Part shown: positions 16,891 through 32,168 of the stretch, one piece after another
Layout: each line of letters begins with the position of its first letter
Numbering within the stretch: position 1 is the first letter of the stretch
Assembly (NCBI GenBank): GCA_009914755.4
Contig: CP068257.2
Coordinates: 32,864,001-32,928,000 of the forward strand
Direction: 5' to 3'
Length of the DNA: 64,000 nucleotides
Source of the DNA: the human T2T-CHM13v2.0 reference genome, Homo sapiens
Translations under genes and position numbers: made by a program
Notes under the pieces: generated by a model
What the model was told of the DNA's origin: nothing
What the model saw: only the letters and a program-made list of their open reading frames with translations
Databases searched by the model: none

Positions 16891-18554
16891 AAGAGAATAT
16901 TTCAATGGAAAGATCTGGAACTCAAGGGCTGCTGTTCACATTCTTTTGTCCCACAGGTGACCCTTGATGTGGTGCTCTCCCCCTTCCCCTAGGGATGGGG
17001 CTTCCTGGGAGCCAGACTGCAGTAATTGTAATTGTTCTTCTGGGTCTAGCCACCCAGTGGGGTTACCAGGCTCTGGGCTGGTGCTGCGGAATGTCTGCAA
17101 AGAGTCCTGTGACGTGATCCATTTTCAGGTCTCCTAGCCATAGCTACCAGCACCTGCTCTCGTGGAGGTGGCCAGGGAATGAAGTAGACTCTCTGAGAGC
17201 CTTTGGTTGTAGATATCTTTAGTGTGACGGCTTTCTCAAATGCTTGTTATGTTAACAGTGAAGTTGTCACATGGACAGATTCAAGACCTCTGGTTAGCCA
17301 GGATGTTGCAGGCAGTGGAATTAGCTGTTGTTTTCTCTTTCCTTGAAGCAGGGTTATTCCGTCATGAGTTGTTGTAATGTCCTGAGCTGCTTGGCCTCCA
17401 GCCAAGAGATGGTGCTTTCAAGAGAACACCAGCTGCAGTAGTAGTAGAGGGATCTAAGCTTGCCCGAATTTGGCCAGGATTAGTATTTGGGTTTCTCAGG
17501 TGATGGGTGGGGCCATAAAGCTCCCCAAAATTTATGTCTTTTGTGATCAACTACCAGGGCAGGTAGAGAAATATCCATCATGTGGGGGCAGAGTTTGGCA
17601 TGTCTGGGCTCAGACTCTCCTTGAGCAAGGCTTGCCACAGCCACTGTTGGGGGTGAGAATGTGGTTCTCAGGCCAATGGGGCTATGTTCCAAGGGGTATT
17701 ATGGCTGCGTCTGTTGCATTATATAGGTCACCAGGGAAGTAGGGGAAAGCAATAGGCCTCACCCAGCTCCCACACAGTTGGTGGGGCCGATCTTGCTCCT
17801 TCTGTATCCCACTAACAGCACCAAGTTTATCTCTGGGCAGCTTATGCTCTGGACTCAGACCTTGCCCCAGGCTATAAGCTTCCCTGCTGAGAAAGCAAGC
17901 ACAGCTTTCGGGCCTTGCCCTTCCCTGTCTGCCCATCCTGTTGGCCACAGCTTTGCACTCCTATCTGTAGCAGTTCCCTTTTGCCCTCCGGATTCTGTTC
18001 AAGGGAATTTGCACCCAGTTGAAATTATTACAAAGCTCACTTGGAAGCTTCTTTCACCCTGTGGCCCCTGCTAATTCTACTGGCTGCCTCTCTCAAGGAC
18101 CCCTGTGAGATAGAGTCAGAGATGGCTTCCCCGGGCTAAAGCTGGAGAATGGGAATGTCTACAAGGCTCTTCCCACTGCTGCTTCTACTTTTATAGAAAA
18201 TATTTTGTACTAAATCCATTTCAGCTGTAGATACGGTTAAATCCTTCTCCTGTAATCTGGATTTTCAGGTTCCCCATTGGGGATATGTGTTTGGAGGCAG
18301 GTTTTCTCCCTCTCACACTTTGGGAATGCACAGTTTTTTGCCTGTCTTGTGGAATTTGCAGCGGTGTGCCACTTCTTTAAAAGGATCAGTGAATTATTTT
18401 GGTTTTCCTGGTACGTTCCTGTGGTCGTTCTTAGAACAAAAGTTCATGCTTTGTGTCTCCACATACTCCTCTGTCTGTCCATTCAAGTGGGAGCTGAACA
18501 GTAGCCCTGTCTCCTATCTGTCATCTTCCTCTTAAAACCTGGCAATTTATTTTT

Positions 18555-18632
18555 ATTTTTTATAGAGACAAGGTCTCACAATGTTGCCCAGGTTGGTCTT
18601 GAACTCCTGGGCTCAAGCTTCCCAAAGACACT
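18555..18632 (-). mobile_element. Short Alu fragment (right-arm piece, antisense)
   Basis: ttttttatagagacaaggtctcacaatgttgcccaggttggtcttgaactcctgggctcaagcttcccaaag. Confidence 0.6.
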
Positions 18633-19779
18633 GATATTTATAATTTAAATTTAACATTACTGAATTATTATTTAACTTTATTTTATTTAATAATTGTATC
18701 TATTTTCCCCTTCAAAGGAAATTATGTTTCCTAAAAACATGTTTGTATAACATACATATATATACACATACATATGATTAATATATATACACACAGTACT
18801 TTCTTGTTCTATCCAAAAACATTCACATAGCAGTCTCAAAATGATAATAATAGCTTTGTTACAAACAATAAATCCAGTAAGGGCAAAGCTTATTTGTAAC
18901 ACTTTCTGTTCCCAGAGAGTATCCAACTAAGGCTGTGCAGCCCAAGTGCCACGTTTGACAGTTTCTTAAAATGATTCTTTTTGCCATGTTATCAGTTTGA
19001 TATATAGTTGGCCTCATTTCTTTGTGTGTACAATTTTGGACTGCTTTCTCTGATCTTTTTTATTTCATTTATGTTTTGCATAATGTAAAACACTTACATG
19101 GTTCAAAAGTCAAAACTATTTTTGAAAGTACAGAGAATTCTTTCTTCCAGCCCTATCCCTCTACACCATTCCTACCCACTTGTATGGTTAATCATTTTTA
19201 TTGGTTTTTGGCTTATCTTTCCAGTGTTTCTTTACAATAAGCAAATATGTATATGTACACACATATATAATCTTATTTTTCAAAAAATAACACCATATAT
19301 GCACTGTCTGTATTTGGCCTTTTCTACTAACAATATATCTTGGATATTATTCCATAGTGGTTAATGGCAGGCATTTTTTATTCTTCTTTCTTATGGCTGC
19401 ATAGCACTTCACTATGTGACTCTACCATAATTCACTCAAATTCATTTCAACCAGTTTCCCATTGGTGGACACCTGAAAAACTCCTATCTCTCGATATTTG
19501 GTTAGTTGCCTCAACTGCATGCCAACTTCTGCTTTGGAGTGGATAAGGAAGGTAAGACCTTTGGGGACAAGACTCAAGACTCAGCCACTTTTGTCCCAAA
19601 GCTACAGGACTTGTTCTGCCTGCCAATGCTGTCTCTTTCTTCAGCAAAAGTGGGATTAAGCGTGTGTATAATGCCAGGTATGAAGCTGCACTGCTATGCA
19701 AGTTGGACTTCTCAATCAGCATAAAAGAGCTGACCATTGGAACCATCCGAAATCTCATGAAGAGGGTTGAGGGACTCTA

Positions 19780-19870
19780 CTTATGTACATTTTACAGCAG
19801 AGAGTAGGACCGGGTAAGTCAAGGTTATCCACTATAGTAAGTTACTGCTCAAAGGAAAACTGATAGAAAA
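19780..19870 (+). mobile_element. MIR SINE fragment (5' part)
   Basis: cattttacagcagagagtaggaccgggtaagtcaaggttatccactatagtaagttactg resembles the MIR consensus ttttacagatgaggaaactgaggcacagagaggttaagtaacttgcccaaggtcacacagctagtaag. Confidence 0.45.
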
Positions 19871-20829
19871 AGGGTCTCCACCTTCTTAAACACAGAAGCA
19901 GTCTGCTTCAGGCAGAAGATGACAGGCAACTCTTCTAGTAGAACTTGAGGTATACATTCATGGCTCCATTGAGAATGGAGATGGGGTTTCAAGCATGGAA
20001 GTGGGGACAGTGACCCATCAGTCTGAGAAGACACTTTTATGCCCACATCTCAAGCATTGCTATTATTTTAGAAGTAGATGCTCAGTTGTCTGATAAAGAG
20101 TATGATATCATCCCTATTGGTTTTAGGACCTAGAAATAGATTTGCAGGACCCTAAGGGCAGGATAGAGGTGGATGAGAAGGTTTATAGTTTTTGGGTCCA
20201 AGAGGTGGTGGTTGGTTAGCGTATGGGAGAAGAACCAGCAGAACCTGAGGGTGTAAGGGTTGATAGACAAAACAAAGCTCTAAGTACATGGGCCCCAGGC
20301 CAGCGCCCAGAAACAAGCCCAGACACAAGAACCCAGCCCCATACTATGATCTCACCCCTAGCAGGCCCCCATTCACTCTGCAGCTGAATGTCCAGGACTT
20401 CTGCAGGTTAAAGAATGACATCTGCTAATCTCCAGTCAAGGTGCACCTCAGCTACACTCTGGACTGTAGTAACAATGTGCACCATTGTCTGTATGCCCTG
20501 GGGAATCACTAGACTCCAAGGTGGGCTTTGAACTTGGTGTTGTCACCAACCAGTGGGTGGGGACCTGGGAGTCCCATACCTTAGTGTAGGAATGTTGATG
20601 TCATGGGTATTGGGGACAGAGGAGATGGACTGCATTCATGCATGCTTTTGCTGTTGTGCCAGCTCTCTAAAATACCTTGCCTTTTTTGGTCTATGTATCA
20701 GAGACCTTTCCATCTGTCAACAATCAACATTAGCATCACCTTGCTAATAGAGCTTTTCTTGGGCCCCCTTTGGTAGAAGGGTAGTCTACTCCTTCCTTTT
20801 GGTTCCTAATCCAGTCCTGACTGGATTAT

Positions 20830-20935
20830 AAGGACTTCAATTCATCTCTATAACTAGTATTTAGCACTGTGTCAGGCACCTAGCTGGTACTCAGTAACTG
20901 TTCAGAGAATGAGTGAATAAATGAATGAATGATTC
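20830..20935 (+). mobile_element. MIR SINE fragment (3' core)
   Basis: agcactgtgtcaggcacctagctggtactcagtaactgttcagagaatgagtgaataaatgaatgaatga resembles the MIR core (cacagtgcctggcacatagtaagcgctcaataaatg...). Confidence 0.5.
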
Positions 20936-22904
20936 CAACAGATGAAGGAACTGGCCTGAAAATGACTTGCCTATTTGCCAAATTCACCCAGCTTTTTAGT
21001 TTCTCACCTTCTGACACCAATCAGGAATAAAAGCCAAAACCTAGATTGGCTTTTCATCCCAAGACATGTCCTGTCCTTTATATGGGTGTGGACTTACGTT
21101 AGAGCCCTTGTCATTCCTAATAATTCCCTCTTGTGCCTACCTGGATGGAGCTCACCTTGGGCTATGATTAGGAGAGCCTATCTCCAGCACCTGCACTCAC
21201 TCACCTGACTCCACCTGATGACTTGACCTATTTGTTCCTCCATCAGTCAACATGAGTGCATTGGAGACTTACTGTCCGTTGTTCTCTGTGGACACATGTG
21301 AAGTGCAAAGACATGCTAAGGCAACTGGCCTGAGCCTGTAATTCAGCCAAGGCTGGTAATGACACATGATCAGAGGTCACAACACTCTTTTTAAGTCACA
21401 GCAGTTTCCCTTAAGCATGGCTTTAGAGTCTCTGAGCTCACCATGACTTCTATTAGAGATAGCATAAGCCTACAGTGCTTTCCCTACTCTTTGTTCTCAT
21501 TCACCACTCAGCACCACACTTTTGGCACCAGATAGATGGGGATTTTTCCCACACGTATCAGTAAAGCAATTCTGCAGCACACACCAATGAGGTGTCCTGC
21601 AATTCAATTCAATTCTGATGCTAACTACCCAAAGATGTCATCAAATCCCACAGGGTGAGGGCTTAGTCCTATAAGACTCTCCCCAACCTTGCACACCAAT
21701 TGCAAGCCCTAGGATGTGACCTGTGCCTTTGACCAACCAGCTACAAATTGAGGTTCCTACAACCCCCTCCTTGGGTTCAATTAATTTGTTAGAGCAGCTC
21801 ACAGAATTCAGGGAAACACTTTGCTTATGTTTATCCCTTATGATAAGGGACATTACAAAGGGTAAAATAAACAGCCAGCTGAAAGGGAGGCACAGGATGA
21901 GGTATGTGGGAAGGGCTGAGAAGCTCCCATGCCCTCCTAGGGACCACCCTCCAGGAAGCTCCACATGTTCAGCTGTCCAGAGCTCCCAAAACTCAGCCCT
22001 TTTGGGTTTTTATGGAAGCTTCATTATATAGGCATGACTGACTACATCATGGGCCATTGGTGATCAGCTTAACTTTCAGCCTCTCTCCCCACCCTGGAGT
22101 TTGGAAGTGGGGCTGTAAGTCCTAACCCTCTAATCATGCCTTGGTCTATGGACGACCAGTTCCCATCCTGAAGTTACCTAGAGGACTCATCCACCCATTA
22201 CTCATTAGCATACAAAAGACACTCATCACTCTGGAGACTTCAACTGTATATCAGGAAACATGGATGAAGACCAAATATGTATTTCACAATATTATAGCTG
22301 CCATCAGCCATGGGTGAGTTTCTCATCATTCAAAGTTTCCTTCTTTTTTAGAAACCACCTGTTTTACTCTAAACAAAGTAGATTCTTATGAAAGGTAGGC
22401 TGTTTGGGGGTCCAGAATTTCAACATATGCCACCAAACCCTTTTCTTCCCTCTGAATTTTTGGAGGCGCACCTCACCTTGTGAATTTGTAGCACCCCAAA
22501 CCAGTAAGCACACACATTCAAATACATGTACATGCCCACAGCTACCCACTAGTAAGCACCATCCCCCATGTCCGGTCACACAGATGTGAGAAGATGGAGA
22601 AATGTTCACCTAAACAGCTGGTGTGTGAAGTCCTGCCTCTGTCAGCTGAGCTCACATGGGAAAGATCCCCAGTCCCTAGGCCCCACATCAATGGGCACAG
22701 GGCCTTCGGAGGAAAGGACAACCACTCCGTCGTGGAGGGAGAACACTTTGGACTCGGGTGTGTGTTTGAGGGATTCCAGAGGGTAGAGGTTGAGGAAGAG
22801 GAGTTGGGAGAGTGAGAAGGTAGGATGTTGCACAGGATGAGACCCTTCCTCTCAAACCAAACCTAATAGCCAATAAGTACAGGAAAAGATCCTTGACATC
22901 TCTA

Positions 22905-24001
<1,097 letters not shown>

Positions 24002-25204
24002 ACCTTGATCACCTTTTTTTTTTTGGAAAGCAATGAGGGAGCAACACTTTGTTACCTGGGAGGCGTGGACCAAAAGAGAGGCAGAGGCTGGAGGGAGAGT
24101 GTGAGGCAGGGATCAATGGGCATCATGCCAGGCTTAGGGCATCCCCAAAGCTGTGGGATTGGGGCTTGAAGCCCAGGTCTTAGAGACCTGAGCAGGCCCA
24201 GCTGACACAGGCTGCAAACAAATGTCCTCTCATCCTCACCGCAATCCCTACAAGCTGCTCACCTCCTGTTGCCATGTGGATGTGTCCTGAGTGGCCCACG
24301 CAGATTTCTACACTTGATCCCCTCGCTTGAAATAAAAGGAGATAAAGTGAGTACAAACACCCTTATGCATTACTGTAGCTCAAACGAGGCCAGACTAGAT
24401 CCTAAAGAAGACCTGGCGTGGGCCATCTTCTAGAGTCATCCCACCTCCCAGGACAAGCAAAGGTCCTGCCTCCAAGTCATTGCAACTTATATGACACAGC
24501 AAGGCAATATAGACTCTGGGGGAAAAAGTTTTTTAACTACAGTATTTTTAAAATAGAACATTATTTTGAAATTACTTCGACATCTACTGTCAGGTGACTT
24601 GTAAAAGCGCTTGTATGTTAAATGCTCTACATTAGGAGATTATTTTGTTCTTGAGTCCCTACAGAGAATTCCTTGGGAATGAAGTGCTATTGTGCATTCA
24701 GAATTATGTGGCTATAGCCATATTGCAGGCCGGGAACTCAGGAATGTCCCCTCTGTCCCAGCTCTTCAAGTTGGGCCCTACAGATCCCACGGGGACAAGC
24801 TTTTGGAAAATTGCTGGGTTTCTAGACCAATCACGTCTTTGAAATGTCTTCTTGTCACTCCGTGGTTTCTTGCTTCAGCTTAACCCCACTGGCCCCATAG
24901 ATCAGGCAGCTCACAATTTGAACACAGCCAGGGGGCATGGAGGATGAGAACCAATCTATCCTGACAATCCTGGCAGCACGTGGGGAAAGCCAGGCCCAAG
25001 TTTCCATATGTGAACACATTACATTGTCTCCACCAAGAAAAGAGCCCCTGTGAAATATTCATGTGCGTCACCCACTTTGCCTTAGGTTCCATTACCTAAG
25101 GGACAGACCTGGTGTTGCTCAACAGTGCCAGGCTTAGCACTGCCAGGGGAGATCTGCAGCTACAAAGAGTTAAAGAAGAAGGAATTGAATTGAGTTATAA
25201 GCAA

Positions 25205-25330
25205 TACATCTAATAAATATTTATTGAGTGACTATTTCATTCCAAGCATTCTGCTAGGTGCTGAGAAATCAGAAACAAATACATTGAACTCATTGGCAAA
25301 CTAGCTGGGGAGATGGGCAGGGAAGCCAAC
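25205..25330 (-). mobile_element. MIR-like SINE fragment (antisense)
   Basis: taataaatatttattgagtgactatttcattccaagcattctgctaggtgctgagaaatcagaaacaaatacattgaactc is the reverse complement of a MIR/ancient-SINE-like core (caataaatatttattgagcacctact...gtgctaggcactg...). Confidence 0.4.
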
Positions 25331-26548
25331 TGTTGCAGTCTGGTGAGAGTTGTGCTGGGGAATGCAGTGGCTTTGCAGGAGCCCGGAGCAGAGACATGTA
25401 GTTCTGCTTGGTGGGATTGAGCAGATGTCAGGCAAAGCTTCCCAAAGGACACGATGCTCAAGAAGGGTCCTGAAGAATGATTTGAAGCTGGAAAGTCAGA
25501 GGAAAGCATCGAAGGTGAAGGCACAGAGGTAGGGGATGCATGGCACACCCAGAGAACTGCAGACGCCCTGTCATGCCTGCAGTCTTCACGGGAGGTGAGA
25601 AAGAATTTCCAGGGTACATGGATGCATGTTAGGAGGCTGAGACTGGTCTTTGAAGATGATCAGACATAGGCTTGAAGACTTGATGCTTTCAAAAGCTCGC
25701 TCTGACAGTAGCGTAGAGAAGGAATGGGGGAAGCTTTGCTTATAATAAAGTGAGAAATGATGGGGGCTGAATTAAGAGAATGGCTCTGGGGGTGGAGTAT
25801 GAGAGTATTTCCTAAAGATAGAAGAGAGAATGGCCAGGACTTGAGAGTGGCTGAAGTCGGGTACAGGGAGACAGGAGACACCTTTTATGGCCATAGCTTG
25901 AGTCACTGTGTGGACAGGCGTGCTCATCATTGAGACCAGGAAGCTTGGAGGGGAAAACGCTCATATGCAATTCTGAAGTTCCTAAGAGACAACTGGATAA
26001 CACACAAGGATGAATGTGAAACAAACAAGGGGCTAGGTCCCGTAAGCTCATCAGAACTTCTTTCTGAAAGAAGTAAAGCACATCTCTAATGACAACAGAA
26101 ATAACCACAAACCTGCGAGTCAGCCTCAAATATCTTTCCTGGGGGATTAAATGATGGCTGAGGGACGGGGTACCCCAGAATGTCCCTTGCACAGGAAAGG
26201 ACCTAGAGAAGAGAGACTGTTTTTTGAGCAGGTCACATTCAGCTTACTGCAATGTCTTTGCTTTAAACGGTCCCCTGCATTATAAGAATGGAGTTTATAT
26301 GAGAGGTGAGAGGGTCCCAGTGACTTAGCAACCGTGGCATGCTTCTGCAAACATTTCAAAGACCTCTACTCTGGCTTTTAGAATGCTTTCTAGAGCAAGT
26401 AGCATGCATAACGACACCACTACCTGGAATTATACACTGTCTTTCTTCAGAGGCACACAAAGAGCTTAACACATTACCTTAGTTCTAGGTTAGCTGCTTT
26501 GTTTCATGCATGCTTGCTGGTGTTTCTGGAAGAACATTTATGAGGTGA

Positions 26549-27218
<670 letters not shown>

Positions 27219-28008
27219 TAATTTTCACTATTATTTTTTAATAGAAAGCATGCAAAAAGAGACGACACAGTCATTGGACAGTATTACAAAAAATAGTCAT
27301 AGAAGTGAATATAAATGATGCAAAATGCAATACAGCTAGAGTCCCTTCTTCACCCTTTTTATTGATATGTTCACCCAAGTGTTCGCACACATAGAAGCAG
27401 GTGGTTTTCTTTACTACAGTAGTATAGTTTGGAGTGTTTATGCTTCACTAATGGTACAAAATTAGCTGAGAAAAGATTTAAATTGGTGTTTTAATTATCC
27501 AGTGTGATAACAAACCACCTAAAAATGTAGTGGTATAAAACAACTACTGTGTATTTTCTCACACTACTTTGTGGAGGTTTAAAAACACCACAAATTCATC
27601 ACCTTGGTTTCTGTGGGTCAAAACAACCCAAATTCATCATCTCGGTTTCCATGGGTCAGAACTGCAGGTACGGGTTGGCTGGGGCCTCTGCTCAGGGTCT
27701 CATCAGGTTGAAATCAAGGTGACAGCCAGAGCTGTGGTCTCATCTGAACTAATGCAGAACTCACCAGAGCACATGTAGTGTTGGTAGAATCCATTTCCTT
27801 GTGGTTGGAGGACGGAGGTGTCCTCTTCCTTGCTGGCTGCTGGCCGGGGGCCATCCTCAGCTCCTAGAGGCTGCCCTCAAGTCCTGGCCACATGGCACCC
27901 CAGTCTCACCTTGTGGCAGCTCCAGGCCAGCAGGGGACACCACTGCTCCCTCCAGTGTCCTCTCAGGGTTCACCTGATTGAGTCAGGCCCATCAGGATAA
28001 TCTTCCTT

Positions 28009-28322
28009 CTTTTTTTTTTTTAACTTTTTTTTTGTTTTTGAGACAGAGTCTCGCTCTGTCACCCAGGCTGGAGTGTAGTGGCCCAGTCTCAGCTCACTGC
28101 AAGCTCCGCCTCCCAGGTTCATGACATTCTCCTGCCTCAGCCTCCCCAGTAGCTGGGACTACAGGTGCCTGCCACCATGCCTGGCTAATTTTTTGTAATT
28201 TTAGTAGAGACAGGGTTTCACCACATTAGCCAGGATGGTCTCGATCTCCTGACCTCGTGATCCGCCCGCCTCGGCCTCTCCCAAAGTGCTGGGATTACAG
28301 GCGTGAGCCACCACGCCTGGCC
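28009..28322 (-). mobile_element. Alu SINE (AluS/Y-like, antisense)
   Basis: T-run then gagacagagtctcgctctgtcacccaggctggagtgtagtggcccagtctcagctcactgcaagctccgcctcccaggttcatgacattctcctgcctcagcctccccagtagctgggactacaggtgcctgccaccatgcctggctaattttttgtaattttagtagagacagggtttcaccacattagccaggatggtctcgatctcctgacctcgtgatccgcccgcctcggcctctcccaaagtgctgggattacaggcgtgagccaccacgcctggcc. Confidence 0.95.
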
Positions 28323-28500
28323 CCTTTTTCAACTTTTATTTTAGGTTCAGGAGTACATGTGCAGGTTCATTATTGGGGTAAACTTGTGTCATGGGGGTTT
28401 GTTGTACAGATTATTTCGTCACCCAGGTACTAAACCTAGTACCCAGTAGTTATTTTTTTCTGATCCTCTTTCTCCTCCCACCCTCCACTCTCAAGTAGCC
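28323..28500 (-). mobile_element. L1 3'-terminal fragment (antisense, older L1PB/L1MA-like) nested in the ancient repeat, abutting the Alu
   Basis: cctttttcaacttttattttaggttcaggagtacatgtgcaggttcattattggggtaaacttgtgtcatgggggtttgttgtacagattatttcgtcacccaggtactaaacctagtacccagtagttatttttttctgatcctctttctcctcccaccctccactct is the reverse complement of the extreme 3' end of an older L1 subfamily. Confidence 0.75.
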
Positions 28501-29879
28501 ACTGTGTCTGTCAATCATCCTTCTTGATAAACTCAAAGTCAAACGAGTCCAGATCTTACCTACATCTGCAAAATCAATTTTTCCTATAAAGGAACGTAAT
28601 CACAGAAGCACTGTCCCACAGTAGTACGAGTGCTGAGCCGTTGTAGGCAGAGAGGGTTGTCCTGCCCACACTCAAGGGGAGAGAGTGCAGGGCCAGTTCA
28701 CCCCTCACGCGGAAGTGGCAGTGCTGGGGGCTCACTTCGTGCTCTGCTCACCACAACTCCAAACTCACAACTTTATTCCCACCAATCCCATCCCCTCCAG
28801 TCCAGGGGGCACACACTCCAGCAGGACTTCAGCTGAGCCCAGGGAACGCTTTGCTGACTGGTGATGAGGGACCTACCTCTTCACACCCATGACACCCACC
28901 CGCTGAGCCCCTCACCGGGGCTCCGAAGGCCCTGGTCAGGTCACCTCTGGTCTCACTTTCCATTCTCCCCTCCTTCCTCCCCTCCAGCCACAGGGTCCTT
29001 CTCGATGTGCCCAGACATGGTGGGTGCACACTTGTCTGACAGCCTCTCTTCTTTTCCCTTTGCTTGGAATGCTCTCTTCCCAGTTACCAAAGATACTCAG
29101 GCTCTCTCCCCAATTTCCTTCAGGCCCTTGCTCCAAAAGCTCCTTCCGGGTGAAGCCTCCCCTCCCATCCTCCTTAAAGCTTCAGCCTCTACCTGGGACA
29201 CTTCCTCCCCCACTGCCTGCCTCCTTGAAACTCTCCTTAGTCCTCTTGCAGCCCACACAGCTGAACACAGGCAGGAGGGGGCGCTGCTGCCCTGGCTGGT
29301 GTGCAGCCACCAGAGGCTGAAGCTCACTGACGTCTGTCTGGGGCCCAGGATCACCTTCCTTGATTCCAGCTCTCTCAGGCTGTCAGGACCTGGCGCTGGG
29401 AGGCACTAGGCCATGCCCTGGCCTGAGGCCTTCTCTCTCCCTCTTTGCCCTGTGTCTCTGCAGGGAAGCCCGGCCCTGCCCCTGGGAGGGTGGGGGCAGA
29501 CGTGTGGAGAGTGGGTGTACAAGGCCAGGGTTTGCCAGGCCCAGGACAGCCTGGCACCTGTCAATGGATGAGCGCCTCTCCCTTAGCCTGATGTCAGGGT
29601 GGGCATGAGGGTGGGAGCAGAGGGTGCCTAACTGAGGAAAGGGTCTGTGCAACCCCCTTCTCCTACCAGTTCTCGTTTCTGAAGTCTCCTCAAGCACACT
29701 GCGGTGTCCACACCATTGGCAGCAGGCTCCTTCTCTTCAGGTGGTCTTAGGAACTTCTCAGAACTTTTTGAGTTATCCTTCTGGTCTCTTCCTCCTGAGC
29801 ACGGTTCTCCTGGTTGAGCTCCAGGCCATGCCATTCAACGCCCTCCAGGACAGGCCGAAGGGCTTGTCTGTTTGGTGGT

Positions 29880-30240
29880 TGCTAAGGTTTGAAAAAAGCC
29901 AGCTGGAAACTTAATCCCCAAAGCAACAGTGTTGGGAGGTGGGACCTAATGGGAGGTGTTTAGTCATGAGGGCTCCACCCTTATGAATGGATTCTCTCTC
30001 TCTTGTTCTCTCTCTCTCTCTTCCCGCCCCGCCCACCCCTCCTTCCCCAACCTTGTGATACCTTCCACCATGTCATGGCAAGAAGGCCCTTGCCAGATGT
30101 GGCCCCTCCATCCTGGGTTCCCAGTCTCCAGAACCATGAGCCAAATGCATTTCTGTCTGTTACAAATTATGTACGGTGTGGTTTTCTGTGATGAACACAG
30201 TGCTGTACCAGGGCCCTCTTGCCAAGACAGCCAGCTTATA
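29880..30240 (+). mobile_element. MaLR (MST/MLT1-type) LTR fragment containing a (CT)n tract and GC boxes
   Basis: cttaatccccaaagcaacagtgttgggaggtgggacctaatgggaggtgtttagtcatgagggctccacccttatgaatgg...ccttccaccatgtcatggcaagaaggcccttgccagatgtggcccctccatcctgggttcccagtctccagaaccatgagccaaatgcatttctgtctgttacaaattatgtacggtgtggttttctgtgatgaacacagtgctgtaccag is a classic MaLR LTR motif string. Confidence 0.7.
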
Positions 30241-31983
30241 GGAGCCTGCATGTGAGGCCCGGACGTCCTACAGAGCAGCAGTTAGAGGTCTGGCCTTCTG
30301 GATAGGCACTGCCCTGCCCTGCACACAGGACCTTGGTGGGGCATGATGGGGCTCTTCACCACGCTGCCCTCATTTTAGGAGGTGGGCAACCCTTTCTCCC
30401 CCTTCTCCATGTGCTTCTGCAGTTGGAAGAAGTGAGGGGGGTTCAGACACACTTAAGCTGAGCTTAGAGCAAAGCATGTCCCTCAAGGTGACCTTGCCGC
30501 ATGGCCTGAACCTAGAATTCCCCTGACCAGGGTGGACAGCCATCACCATGGGCCTTTCTGCCTGGCCTAGTATGGCTCTCCTTCGAACTCACCTAGACCC
30601 TTGCATCAAAGGACTCGGGGACTCTGCTGCAGTCATCCTAGCACGGTCGAGAGGAGTAGGAAGGTGCCCAGCGGCTCAGCCTTTAAGGAGGTCTATTGGT
30701 CACCATTGCTTCTGCCTTCTTGAGAACCATCACCCTCGGAGGATCCGGTAGTGTATCCCAGTCAAGTGTCAAATGCGTTGTTCCCTGGAGAGGAAGGCTT
30801 ATTTCCAGAAAGTACTCTGACGTTTTGTAATTTGTGATTTCTATCACTGGCTCAGTGGCCTACCCACTGCTCAGCTCATGTGGCATGACCAGGCTGGGGC
30901 GTCGGGTCATCTTGTTCTCTGGGTGTGTGGCAACACTGGTTTATGGCGTAATTTCCTTCCTGAGAAGAAATTCAGTAATTTCTAATATTCAGGGCTTTAG
31001 GTAGAGGCCTGAAAATCACTCTCCATGCCTCTTTCAGTATTTTATATATAGTTGTCTCTTGGTATCCATGGGGTTTGGTTCCAGAATCCCCTGCAGATAC
31101 CAAAATTTGCGAATGTTCAAGTCCTTTATATATAGTGGCATAGTATTTGCATATAACCTATGCATATCAGCCAATCATAGATGGTGATTTAAATCATCTC
31201 TTGATTACTTCTAACACCTAATACTATGTAAATGCTTTGTAAGTAGTTGTTACCTGGCATTTTTTATTTGTTTTATTTTTGTTGTTGTTTCATTAATTTT
31301 ATTTTATTTTTGGAATATTTTCAGTCCATTGTTGGTTGAATCCACAGATGCAGAAGCCTTAGACACAGAGGGCCGACCACACCTATGTATGCTGTTCTTA
31401 AAGTAGCAACATATTTGTTCTGAACATAGAAGAAATTAGTCGTCTATTAGACTTTAAGGGAGTAAATATGGTCCAAGTTGATTTTTAAATTTAGCAAATA
31501 GTCATAGACATATCAGTGTCTTACAGAAAATATTTATTGGAATGCTCACTCTCTCATTTGGGATACTGCTTTGCCTTGCTGTGTCTTAAGAATGTCATCA
31601 GAGCATCACACACTTGAAAAACGTTTTTAAAAGGATATGATGATAATTAAGACCTTCTCCCCAACCCCTGCCCATTATCCAAGATCAATGTTTTTTTCCT
31701 TTATCCTGATTTTAAAATCAAGTACACTTTATTGAGGCATACTTTACATGAAGCAAAATGTACCCTTTCTAAATATGATAAGTTTGATGAGTTTTCAACA
31801 GATGTATACAGCTGTTACCATGACTGTGTCTTTACCCAGGTTCTTGCATTGCTCAATCCAGATACAGAATGTCTCCATCACCCTGACAAGTTCCTTTGTG
31901 CCGCACCCTCTAGCCAATCATCTGTTTTGAGGAGAGTTTTAAAACAAAGGTTTTTGTTCTTTTTCACTGATGACCATAACCTA

Positions 31984-32014
31984 CCACAGACAGGGTCTCT
32001 CTCTCTCTCTCTCT
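31984..32014. repeat. (CT)n dinucleotide microsatellite, about 15 units
   Basis: agggtctctctctctctctctctctctctttttccc. Confidence 0.95.
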
Positions 32015-32168
32015 CTCTTTTTCCCTGTTCTTGCGCCAGCTGCCTGACAATTTGTGGGATTAAAGCTCTAAGCTGCTTACTGGCTCTTCTGACTAGGGAG
32101 AGGGAGCAAGCCTCATTATTTTTCTATTCTTTTCAGTGACTGCTCACTCCTCTTCCTCCAAAATCCCT

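Larger units (their letters stand above)
27560..28800. mobile_element. Ancient MaLR/LTR-like interspersed repeat. Its parts are 27560-28008 and about 28505-28800; it is split by a nested L1 tail fragment plus Alu. The family name is uncertain.
   Basis: Both halves carry motifs of one ancient repeat family: ...ggtttctgtgggtcagaactgcaggtacgggttggctggggcctctgctcagggtctcatcaggttgaaatcaaggtgacagccagagctgtggtctcatctgaa...ggataatcttcc | ...tacatctgcaaaatcaatttttcctataaaggaacgtaatcacagaagc...cacactcaaggggagagagtgcagggcc. The two halves are contiguous in the family consensus. Confidence 0.45.

Noticed and set aside
28861-29409. 182-aa Pro/Ser-rich + strand ORF (MMRDLPLHTHDTHPLSPSPGLRRPWSGHLW...)
   Set aside because: It lies in a GC-rich, low-complexity stretch adjacent to and partly within an ancient LTR-like repeat. 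It has no recognisable domain and shows overlapping ORFs in several frames (28829..29029-, 28936..29136-, 29024..29320+), which is typical of GC-rich non-coding DNA. About 4-5 ORFs of this length are expected by chance in 64 kb.
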